A DNA stretch of 33,899 bases from Verrucomicrobiota bacterium (lineage in GTDB: Bacteria; Verrucomicrobiota; Verrucomicrobiia; Limisphaerales; UBA1100): contig JAPKEI010000002.1 in NCBI GenBank assembly GCA_028872685.1, positions 1 through 33,899 of the forward strand, written 5' to 3'. Shown here piece by piece: positions 26,595-33,899 of this stretch. The notes beneath the pieces were generated by a model that made no database searches, was not told where the DNA came from, and was given only the letters and a program-made list of their open reading frames with translations. Within the stretch, counting starts at the first letter, position 1. Each line of letters starts with the position of its first letter. A program made the position numbers and the translations under genes.

Positions 26595-28238
26595 TTATCG
26601 TTTGCGTGGAATGGCGCGTTGACGTCCCTGTAATTCCTGCAGGCGCTCAAGTATTTGGGGCGGTATTTCGCGGCCGTTGAGCTGCTTGGCTTCGTTGACT
26701 TTAATGTTGCCCTGATTTCTTTGCACTCGTATTTGATGGGCAAGAGTGCTCCAATTGGGTCGGGGAACAGGCTGGGTTGAAGCGCTTCTGGGTTTGCCCA
26801 GATTAAATTCAACCCTCCGGAAAATGTTTGCATCGAATGTTGCCTCACCAAATATCGGGCTGCCAAGGATGACTTGGTTACCTTTCCATGCCTTAATAAC
26901 GCCGGTGATGCGACTGTTGCCCGCAAGTGTGGCGCGCACCGAGTTGGCCGGCGTGGGCGGAGTGACAAGGGTGTCGCGGGCAAAATGAATTGTTCCCACT
27001 TTACCAACCGGAATATTTACGTCACCAAATGCGGTGGACTTAAATTTCATCACGTCATTACCGATGGCCTGCAGTTTGCCAGTGATGCTGTCATCATTGG
27101 CGAATAACACAAAGTCTTCTTTGGCGCCCGCATCTGCGGCCACGTTACCCGCGCCCGGCAGGTTGCCGCTCCACTCACTGATGGTGATACGGCTGATGCG
27201 CATGGGGTTGCTGGTGCGTGAGGAGAAATTCAGGCCATTGCTTAAGGGAGGGGCTGCGGCCATGGTGTCATTCCATTCACCGACAAGTTTACCATTGATG
27301 ATGACGGCGACCTTCTTTTTGGATGCATCATGGCAGAGGGCGATGCGCACTTTTTTAGGGCCGATTCCAAAACTGTAGCTTCGGCTGGAAGGTTGCAGGC
27401 GTTGGCTGCGGATGCCACCGCCTACTTTAGCATAGCGATAAACATACACGGAACTGCCGGTGAGCCGAATACTGTAGCAATTGCCTCCGCTGTACGAGGT
27501 GAGGTTGTCGGTCATAAATCCGACGTAAACGCTGGGGCTGCCGCGTTTCCACTCTAAGTCAAACTCCACCCGTGCTTTGGCAGGCATTTTTGGGAAGTTG
27601 CGCCCGATTACCGGCCCGCTTGCGGTGGATTCAAAACCGCCATCGGAAAAATTCCAACCCAAGGTGCCAGTTCGGGTTTCCTTCCATCCTTTTTTTGTCA
27701 CCGGCCCAGAGTATAATGATGAGCTCGTGATGGTGCCGGGAGAAAGCGTCCGGATGGTGCTGCGATCCACTGCCAACTCGCCCGCGTACCAGGTGCTGAT
27801 GCGCAGTTTGTTGTTTTCCATTCCCAAAACTTCGCCGGTGAGCCGGTCGCCATTGGAAAATTCAATCACCCCGCTGTGAGACTTGGCGTTGGCCGGCACG
27901 GACTTTACAGCAAAATCAATGCGGCTGATTCGATCCGTTGGGATAGTGAGCGTATCCGGCTTGATGTCCGGGTGATTCCACGAAAGGCCGCGTTGCGGGT
28001 CGAAGCCAAGAAATTGCCCGAGCATTCCATTGCCCCGAATCAACTGTAATTGATCCGCTTTGCCCTCGGCCACAAAGATTTTGGCGGTCCGGGGCGCGGT
28101 GGGAGGCATGCCGGAAAGGGAAATAGGTGGTGTAGGCTTAAGTAAAGGTTGAGCCAGTGTAGTGCCGGCCAACAAACCGAAAACGGTAAAAAACAGAGCT
28201 AGTTTCATGGTAGGGTGATAAAGTGCTGGGCCGCTCAT
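26595..28238 (-). CDS. Exported hypothetical protein, paralogue B (4 x ~43-aa beta-rich module + central jelly-roll-like domain + basic tail)
   Basis: 547-aa ORF with ATG at 28238 (alternative ATG 28208 gives MKLALFFTVFGLLAGTTLAQ, a signal peptide). It is clearly homologous along its length to the upstream ORF 28257..30002. I recognise no characterised family. Confidence 0.7.
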   Translation of the reverse strand: MSGPALYHPTMKLALFFTVFGLLAGTTLAQPLLKPTPPISLSGMPPTAPRTAKIFVAEGKADQLQLIRGNGMLGQFLGFDPQRGLSWNHPDIKPDTLTIPTDRISRIDFAVKSVPANAKSHSGVIEFSNGDRLTGEVLGMENNKLRISTWYAGELAVDRSTIRTLSPGTITSSSLYSGPVTKKGWKETRTGTLGWNFSDGGFESTASGPVIGRNFPKMPAKARVEFDLEWKRGSPSVYVGFMTDNLTSYSGGNCYSIRLTGSSVYVYRYAKVGGGIRSQRLQPSSRSYSFGIGPKKVRIALCHDASKKKVAVIINGKLVGEWNDTMAAAPPLSNGLNFSSRTSNPMRISRITISEWSGNLPGAGNVAADAGAKEDFVLFANDDSITGKLQAIGNDVMKFKSTAFGDVNIPVGKVGTIHFARDTLVTPPTPANSVRATLAGNSRITGVIKAWKGNQVILGSPIFGEATFDANIFRRVEFNLGKPRSASTQPVPRPNWSTLAHQIRVQRNQGNIKVNEAKQLNGREIPPQILERLQELQGRQRAIPRKR

Positions 28239-28256
28239 TTTATCAATCGAGAGCTT

Positions 28257-30002
28257 TTAACGGCGAGGTTTAACCTGGGGTGCCTTAGGATCCGGTCGCA
28301 CTTTCAGTTCAAAGCGGAGGGCTTGGGGGACCTTCCCGGGGCGGGGCACTGGCAAAGCTCTTTGCCGAAGCTGAAGGGGGGCGCGAACACCCTTTTCAAT
28401 GAGCATGGGTTTTATGGTGGGCGAAATATTGGACACCTGCCGGGTGTTCTTGCCAGTAAAGTCAATGGATTGGAATACCTCCGCATCAAACGAAGCTTCG
28501 CCAAAGATCGGACTGGTGGCGGTGACTTTGCCGTCCTTCCACCCGGTGATATTCATTGCCATGCTACCTCCGCCTTTGAAGATGGCGCGCGCCATGCCGG
28601 TTGTTGTGGGAATGGCCTTTACGCGCTCCGTAGCGCGATGGATCACACCAATTTTTTCGAGGCCAATGGCCATCTCGCCGAAGTCAGATTTGAGCTGGAG
28701 TTTACCGTCCGCAATGCTGGTTAACTCGCCGGTGATATGGTCGGCATTATTCAGGAGGACATAATCATTCTTTGGCTCCGACTTGGCTTTAGCGTTGGCT
28801 TCAGGAAGGTTTCCGTTCCAGTCAGTCACGCGAATGTGGCTGAGTTTCATGCGGCTGGTGGTGCGTGAAGTGAACAGTAAGCCATTTTCATCAGAAGGGA
28901 AATCACCGAGGTTTTCCCATTTTTGGATAAGTATGTCGTTGATGAATAGTGCTATGGTTTTCTTTTTAGCATCCATTTTTAGTGCTATGTGTGCGTTGCC
29001 CTGCAGGCTAGCGAGGTTTACCCGCACATTGTTACCCACGCGCCCACCACGCCCCGCGTTGTTGTTGAAGTTGTAGCGGTATAGGTATATATAACTCTGG
29101 GTTAATCGCAGGCAATAGCCATTGCACATGCTGTAGCTGGTCAGAGAGTCTGTGAGAAAATTAACATACAGGTTCAGGCTTCCTGTCCATTCAACATCGA
29201 ACTCTGTGCTGGAACGTGCGGGCATTTCCTTCATTTGCCGCCCTACCATTGAATTGCTAGTGGTGGATTCAAATACTCCGTCAGTTAATTTCCATGTCGG
29301 CCCCTTGGCCGCTTGTGCGGCACGTTCCTTCAGTTGCCGTTGTTGTTCTAATGGCAGTTGCGGGATCATCCGCAGGGGAAGTCCTCCGTTTTGGCCGTTA
29401 TTAAAAGTCCAGTTCTTCGTGTTTTTTGGTCCCTCAAAGAAAACCTTGGCCGAGGAGAAGCCGGGTTTGAGTGATTTAATATGTGCGGTGTTAATGGCCA
29501 GTTCGCCGGCATACCACGTATTTAAAATAAGCTTTTTATTTTCCATACGGACAAGGTCGCCGGCTATTGTATCGCCATTAGAGAGCTCTATCTGGCAGTT
29601 GTGATGCTTCGCATGATTGGGAAGCGGGCCCACCTTGAAGTTCAGCAGGCTCACCCGGTTGGGCAGAAAATGGATCACTTTGGGCAGGAAATCCGGGTGG
29701 GACCATTTCAATCCTTGCGCAGGATCGTATCCTAGAAATTTTCCACGAAACGTTTCGCCACTGCGGGTCAGAAGATGCTCCTCCATAATCGCGCGGCGAG
29801 GGTTTTTAGATGGAATAGTCACCGTGCCCGGTATGCCGTTTTTGGGGGGGATAAACCGCGCATTGAGTTGTTTGGCTAAAGCAATATTGGGAACCGGCAC
29901 CGGTGCTGGCCCTTTGGCAAGGCGCGGCGGAGGCACAGCCTTGGCAATCGCAACAACCAATAACAAAGCGAAAATAGGGATCACGCGTCTCATAGGCGTC
30001 AT
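28257..30002 (-). CDS. Exported hypothetical protein, paralogue A (same architecture as 26595..28238)
   Basis: The track ORF starts at TTG 30029; ATG 30002 gives MTPMRRVIPIFALLLVVAIAKA (signal peptide). It shares blocks with paralogue B, for example NGDTIAGDLVRMENKKLILNTWYAGELAINTAHIKSLKPG against NGDRLTGEVLGMENNKLRISTWYAGELAVDRSTIRTLSPG. Confidence 0.7.
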   Translation of the reverse strand: MTPMRRVIPIFALLLVVAIAKAVPPPRLAKGPAPVPVPNIALAKQLNARFIPPKNGIPGTVTIPSKNPRRAIMEEHLLTRSGETFRGKFLGYDPAQGLKWSHPDFLPKVIHFLPNRVSLLNFKVGPLPNHAKHHNCQIELSNGDTIAGDLVRMENKKLILNTWYAGELAINTAHIKSLKPGFSSAKVFFEGPKNTKNWTFNNGQNGGLPLRMIPQLPLEQQRQLKERAAQAAKGPTWKLTDGVFESTTSNSMVGRQMKEMPARSSTEFDVEWTGSLNLYVNFLTDSLTSYSMCNGYCLRLTQSYIYLYRYNFNNNAGRGGRVGNNVRVNLASLQGNAHIALKMDAKKKTIALFINDILIQKWENLGDFPSDENGLLFTSRTTSRMKLSHIRVTDWNGNLPEANAKAKSEPKNDYVLLNNADHITGELTSIADGKLQLKSDFGEMAIGLEKIGVIHRATERVKAIPTTTGMARAIFKGGGSMAMNITGWKDGKVTATSPIFGEASFDAEVFQSIDFTGKNTRQVSNISPTIKPMLIEKGVRAPLQLRQRALPVPRPGKVPQALRFELKVRPDPKAPQVKPRR

Positions 30003-30050
30003 ACAACCTGATTTGACGGGGTTTGCCAAGAAAACTCCGCGTTTTTTTGG

Positions 30051-30656
30051 CTATTTCGCGGGAATGACTTTCTTGTCTTCCAGGGCCTTGAGTTTGGGCT
30101 GGATGAGAAATGCACAGTACGGCACGCCTGGATTCAGCCGGAAATAATCCTGATGATTCACCTCCGCTTTGTAAAATTTCTTGCCAGGCTCCATCGTGGT
30201 CACAATCGGCCGATTGAATTCTTTGGCCCATTCCTTCCGGCTCTGCTCCGCGATGGCTGTTTGCCCTTTGTCGTGCGGCATAATGGTGGACCGATATTGC
30301 GTGCCAAAATCATTACCTTGCCGGTTCAGTGTGGTTGGATCATGGCATTGCCAAAACACCGACAAGATTTGGTCGTACCCAATCTTCTTCGGGTCAAAAT
30401 AAATCTGCACCACCTCTGCGTGCCCAGTGGTGCCCGTGCAGATTTCCGGATAAGTCGGGTCCTTAGTCTTCCCTCCCGCATAACCACTCTCCACCTTGCT
30501 CACCCCCGGCAACCGTTCAAACACCGCCTCCAAACACCAAAAACAACCGCCACCCAAAGTGGCGATTTCAGTTTTTGCTGGCGTTTCAGCTGGGGTATTC
30601 GCGCTCATCAAAATTCCTGTGCTCGCAATCAATGCAAAAAATGACGTCGACCTCAT
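30051..30656 (-). CDS. msrA: Peptide-methionine (S)-S-oxide reductase with an N-terminal signal-like sequence
   Basis: It has the GGGCFWCLEAVFE active-site motif and MsrA-like sequence throughout. The N-terminus MRSTSFFALIASTGILMSANTPAETPA looks like a signal peptide. GGAGGA lies 8 nt upstream of the ATG. Confidence 0.9.
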   Translation of the reverse strand: MRSTSFFALIASTGILMSANTPAETPAKTEIATLGGGCFWCLEAVFERLPGVSKVESGYAGGKTKDPTYPEICTGTTGHAEVVQIYFDPKKIGYDQILSVFWQCHDPTTLNRQGNDFGTQYRSTIMPHDKGQTAIAEQSRKEWAKEFNRPIVTTMEPGKKFYKAEVNHQDYFRLNPGVPYCAFLIQPKLKALEDKKVIPAK

Positions 30657-30694
30657 TGGGAAATCCTCCGTTGCCGCGCGTGTATTGGCAACCT

Positions 30695-31264
30695 TTATTT
30701 ACTGCCGGGCTTTACGGCCTCGGTATTTTGTAAATCTTCGGGAAGATCGTCCGGCCCAAATGTTTCCACTTCCATCGCCAGTAAACTGTGCATCGGGACG
30801 TCAGGTTTGTAGTTGCCGTTGGAGCGGTCGACTACGATGGTGACGGCGCAGAGGTCGGCGCCTTGGGCGCGGACGATGTCGATGGTTTCCTGCAAACGAC
30901 CGCCGCGGGTGATAACGTCTTCGACGATGAGCACTTTTTCATCGGGGGCTAATGTGAAGCCGCGGCGCATCACGAGTGCGCCGTCGTCATCTTTTTCGAC
31001 AAAAATAAATCGCACGCCCAGTTGGCGTGCCACTTCCTGCCCAATCACCAAGCCGCCCATCGCGGGGGCCACAACGGTGTCGATGGCTTCGTCCCGCACG
31101 CGGTCAGCCAACGCTGCGCCGAGTTTTTCCACCACTGGCATTTGTTGCAGCGCCTGAGCGCATTGGAAAAATTGTCGACTGTGCAGCCCACTGCGCAGAA
31201 CAAAATGGCCGTCGAGCAGTGCGCCGGTTTCGCGAAAAATCTGAAGGGCGTCTTCTTGCGTCAT
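30695..31264 (-). CDS. pyrE: Orotate phosphoribosyltransferase
   Basis: From ATG 31264 (MTQEDALQIFRETGALLDGHFVLRSGLHS...), with the PRPP-binding motif VLIVEDVITRGG. The 25 extra N-terminal residues in the track ORF are unlikely to be translated. Confidence 0.9.
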   Translation of the reverse strand: MTQEDALQIFRETGALLDGHFVLRSGLHSRQFFQCAQALQQMPVVEKLGAALADRVRDEAIDTVVAPAMGGLVIGQEVARQLGVRFIFVEKDDDGALVMRRGFTLAPDEKVLIVEDVITRGGRLQETIDIVRAQGADLCAVTIVVDRSNGNYKPDVPMHSLLAMEVETFGPDDLPEDLQNTEAVKPGSK

Positions 31265-31366
31265 CCGCGGAAGGTAAAACGGAGAAGGCAGCGGAGGCAA
31301 TGCAATGTTTTCCATTCCTGATTTCAGGTTGCTTAGCATCGGTTTTGCATCGATTTCACAGCGCGT

Positions 31367-32080
31367 TTGTGGTGTATTCGTTTCGTGCCGAGGAGGCGTA
31401 AATTATTTGTGGCGATTTTGCTGCTACCGTTGTGCGTGGGCATGGGTCGTGCGCTGGGGCAACTCATTGCGCAATCGGGCTTTGCTGATACCACCGTGGC
31501 GCCGTTGGCAGCGGGGGTGGCGTGTATGTTTCTGCTGTATCATTACGCGCCGAAGCCGATGTGGATTTATGTGTTCGGCCACGAATTTACCCACGCCGCC
31601 GCTACGATGGCGTGCGGTGGGCGAGTGAAGGGGATGAAAGTCACGAGCGATGGCGGGCACGTGTTGGTGACAAAAGATAATTTTTTCGTGAGCCTCGCGC
31701 CGTATTTTGTTCCTTTATATGTGGGGCTGGTACTGGCGGTGTTTGTGGGCGGACGTGCGTTGTGGGGCTGGGGCGGCCCGTGGGCGTGGAGTTTTTTTTA
31801 CTGGATGCTCGGCTTGGCGTACGCGTTTCACGTGCTGCTCACTTGGCACACCCTGCACACACGCCAATCCGACCTCACTTCGCAGGGCTATTTGTTCTCG
31901 GCAGTGATCATTTTTTTGGGAAATGCAGGGGTTTTATTGCTTGGTTTACCGCATTTGCTTGATGGCCCGGATACGCTGGATGCCTTTAAAATGGCGGGTA
32001 CAGGTACGCTGGAAACCTTCCGTTATTTGGGCACGCTCGCCACTCGGATTTGGGATGCGGGCAATTCTGCCTTGAATTAG
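31367..32080 (+). CDS. Polytopic membrane protein with HExxH motif (peptidase M50B-like)
   Basis: It has several hydrophobic segments. FGHEFTHAAATMACGGRVKGMKVTSDGGHV resembles the M50B-like pattern (HExxH followed by GG.V.g..l...G.G). The start is uncertain (TTG 31367; other candidates are GTG 31385 and ATG 31442). Confidence 0.5.
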   Translation: MWCIRFVPRRRKLFVAILLLPLCVGMGRALGQLIAQSGFADTTVAPLAAGVACMFLLYHYAPKPMWIYVFGHEFTHAAATMACGGRVKGMKVTSDGGHVLVTKDNFFVSLAPYFVPLYVGLVLAVFVGGRALWGWGGPWAWSFFYWMLGLAYAFHVLLTWHTLHTRQSDLTSQGYLFSAVIIFLGNAGVLLLGLPHLLDGPDTLDAFKMAGTGTLETFRYLGTLATRIWDAGNSALN

Positions 32081-32114
32081 CAGCCCGCTTCGTGCCGAAT
32101 GCGCGCGACGAAAT

Positions 32115-32579
32115 ATGACGCTAAGCGAAATAGTACAGGCCGATCACATCGTGCCATCTCTGCAGGCCACCAATCGCTGGGAGGCGATTGACGAATTGGT
32201 TGATCAACTTGTGGCCAGTGGTGCGATTGCCGCCGAGGATCGCGAGGCCATCATTGACGCGGTGAAGAAACGCGAGAACTCGATGAGCACCGGCATCGGA
32301 TTCGGCATCGGCATCCCACACGCTTCCACCGATCTCATTGATAAAGTGGTCGGCGCGTTGGGGCGTTCGGCCGAGGGCATCGATTTTGAGGCGTTGGATA
32401 ATCAACCAGTGAATTTGGTGGTGCTGTTTCTCGTGCCGCAAGGCCAGTTTCAAAAACACCTGCACACGTTGGCAAACATCGCCAAGCTACTGCACAACAA
32501 AGAGTTCTGCCAAGCGCTCGAACAAGCGGGCGATGCCGAAGCGATCTTGAAAATCATCAGCCAACCGGCCAAACAATAG
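32115..32579 (+). CDS. ptsN: PTS EIIA-Ntr type nitrogen regulatory protein
   Basis: 154 aa. MSTGIGFGIGIPHA (phospho-His loop), DNQPVNLVVLFLVP and KHLHTLANIAKLL match E. coli PtsN blocks (MGSTGIGNGIAIPHG, DNQPVDLLFALLVP, THLHTLSLVAKRL). Confidence 0.8.
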   Translation: MTLSEIVQADHIVPSLQATNRWEAIDELVDQLVASGAIAAEDREAIIDAVKKRENSMSTGIGFGIGIPHASTDLIDKVVGALGRSAEGIDFEALDNQPVNLVVLFLVPQGQFQKHLHTLANIAKLLHNKEFCQALEQAGDAEAILKIISQPAKQ

Positions 32580-32601
32580 GGCCGCTTCAAAAGCAAAGAG
32601 A

Positions 32602-33899
32602 GTGATCCAAGGGCACATCGAATCCCGTCTGCAAGCCGCCGCCACCGCGGTGCTGCCCGAGGCCGACGTCAGCCGCGTGCTTGTACGCGTGTGCACCGAT
32701 GCCAAGCACGGCGATTTCCAAAGTAACGCACTGATGGGGCTTGCCAAGCAACGGCAAATGAACCCGCGCCAACTCGCTACTGACGTGGTGGCGCAGCTCG
32801 ATGTGGCTGAATGGTGCGAGCCGGTGGAAATCGCGGGGCCGGGTTTTCTGAATTTTCGTTTGCGGCCCGATGCGGTCAATGCCGCGCTGCAAACCGCCCT
32901 CGCTAGCGACGCGCCGTTCATCACCCCCACCGCCACGAAACGCACGGTGGTCGTTGATTTTAGCTCGCCCAACGTCGCCAAGCCGATGCACGTCGGCCAT
33001 ATCCGATCCACCATTCTTGGCGACAGCCTCGCTCGCATCCTGCGGTTGCTCGGCCATCGCGTAGTGACCGATAATCACATCGGCGATTGGGGTACGCAAT
33101 TCGGGATGCTGCTGCTCGGCTGGAAAACTCAACTCGATGAAGCCGCGCTTGCCGCCGACCCCATCGCGGAACTGGAGCGGATCTACAAACTCATCAATGG
33201 TGATGAGGCCTTGCGTGACGCCGCGCGCGAGGAGTTGGTGAAATTGCAAAATGGCGATGAAGAAAATCTCAGCATTTGGCAGCGGATGATTGAGCTTTCG
33301 CAGGTACAGTTCGACCACGTGTACTCGCGGCTCGCTATTGAGTTTGACGAAACGCTTGGAGAAAGTTTTTACAACCCCAAGCTTGCCGGTGTGGTGGAAG
33401 ATTTAATCTCCAAAAACATCGCCGAGGAAAGCGAAGGGGCGATGGCGGTGTTTTTCCCCGACAATGCGCAGCTCGCCGACAAACCAGCCATTGTCCGCAA
33501 AAGCGATGGCGCGGCCAATTACACCACCACCGACCTCGCTACGCTGCAACATCGACTCGCCGAATGGGCGCCGGACGAAATCGTGTACGTCACCGACGGC
33601 CGCCAGCAATTACATTTCCAACAACTCTTCTCTATCTTCCGCCGTTGGCAAACCGACGCGACGGTGCGCTTGGAGCACGTTTGGTTCGGTTCCATCCTCG
33701 GCCCCGACGGCAAGCCCTTCAAAACTCGCAGCGGTGAAGTTGTGCGCTTGGCCGATTTACTCGACGAAGCGCAGGAACGCGCCTATGCGGTGGTCAGTGA
33801 AAAGAATGCCGACCTCGACGAAGCGCAACGCCGAGAAATCGCCCGCGTTGTGGGCCTCGGTGCGTTGAAGTACGCGGATCTTTCGAACAATCGCCAAAC
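32602..33899 (+). CDS. argS: Arginine--tRNA ligase (5' part; continues beyond the window end)
   Basis: This gene is not in the ORF track because the frame never terminates inside the window. My translation from GTG 32602 is VIQGHIESRLQAAATAVLPEADV...DAKHGDFQSNALMGLAK...VEIAGPGFLNFRL...VVDFSSPNVAKPMHVGHIRSTILGDSLARIL...DNHIGDWGTQFGMLL...ESFYNPKL, that is, the ArgRS N-terminal domain plus the HIGH-motif region. AAGAGAG precedes the start. Confidence 0.9.
   Translation, partial: MIQGHIESRLQAAATAVLPEADVSRVLVRVCTDAKHGDFQSNALMGLAKQRQMNPRQLATDVVAQLDVAEWCEPVEIAGPGFLNFRLRPDAVNAALQTALASDAPFITPTATKRTVVVDFSSPNVAKPMHVGHIRSTILGDSLARILRLLGHRVVTDNHIGDWGTQFGMLLLGWKTQLDEAALAADPIAELERIYKLINGDEALRDAAREELVKLQNGDEENLSIWQRMIELSQVQFDHVYSRLAIEFDETLGESFYNPKLAGVVEDLISKNIAEESEGAMAVFFPDNAQLADKPAIVRKSDGAANYTTTDLATLQHRLAEWAPDEIVYVTDGRQQLHFQQLFSIFRRWQTDATVRLEHVWFGSILGPDGKPFKTRSGEVVRLADLLDEAQERAYAVVSEKNADLDEAQRREIARVVGLGALKYADLSNNRQ

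Noticed and set aside
29844-29850. Homopolymer tracts as phase-variation switches: G7/T5 at 29839-29850 in paralogue A and T8 at 18385-18392 in the tricorn-like gene.
   Set aside because: Tracts of similar length occur in ordinary genes here (T8 at 31792-31799 in the membrane protein gene, T7 in thrS). They are shorter than typical contingency tracts, and all are in frame.
32587-33318. A 243-aa minus-strand ORF, the only long track ORF in this interval.
   Set aside because: It is antisense to a clear arginyl-tRNA synthetase reading frame (+ strand from 32602, HIGH motif PMHVGHIRS) that the track omits because it runs off the window. The antisense translation is low-complexity (R/G/H-rich) with no recognisable motif.
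1-33899. A search for CRISPR arrays, IS elements and terminal inverted repeats, integrases, toxin-antitoxin pairs, reverse transcriptases or other defence-island hallmarks.
   Set aside because: I found none by eye. All sizeable ORFs are explained by housekeeping or metabolic families or by the two hypothetical exported paralogues, and the non-coding space is too small to hide an array.

Overview
This 33.9-kb window is gene-dense, with about 30 CDS and intergenic spacers mostly under 110 nt. It looks like ordinary bacterial chromosome. By eye I found no rRNA, tRNA, tmRNA, CRISPR array, transposase, integrase or phage-like gene, and no recognisable defence system.

The + strand block (76-7507) encodes a DUF885 protein, an M3 oligoendopeptidase, a rhomboid protease, purB, rpoZ and smpB; ispA lies on the - strand and converges on purB. 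Next come rpmB and thrS (-), then a gmhA-like gene and uvrC (+).

A run of 14 co-directional minus-strand genes spans 31264 down to 11883:
- pyrE and msrA
- two tandem paralogous secreted proteins of unknown function
- a UbiD-family decarboxylase and a Cys-type sulfatase
- a tight LuxE-like/LuxC-like/queD/VOC cassette
- a tricorn-like S41 protease
- a formate dehydrogenase module (NuoE/NuoF-like fusion subunit, catalytic subunit, fdhD)

The window ends with an M50B-like membrane protein, ptsN and the 5' part of argS. argS is missing from the ORF track because it runs off the window.

Main points:
1. The two track ORFs 14325..15521 and 12693..14276 are one formate dehydrogenase catalytic subunit. 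They are joined by an in-frame UGA (selenocysteine) followed by an fdhF-like SECIS hairpin.
2. A LuxE/LuxC-type acyl-activation/reduction pair is packed 2-12 nt apart with queD and a VOC-fold gene.
3. Two diverged tandem paralogues encode exported proteins with four copies of a ~43-aa module flanking a probable jelly-roll domain.

Items 2 and 3 are the best candidates for uncharacterised biology here, but neither is demonstrably a novel system from sequence alone. The gene content (Cys-type sulfatase, tricorn-like protease, DUF885, UbiD-type decarboxylase) is compatible with a PVC-superphylum (Verrucomicrobiota/Planctomycetota-like) organism. That is an inference only.
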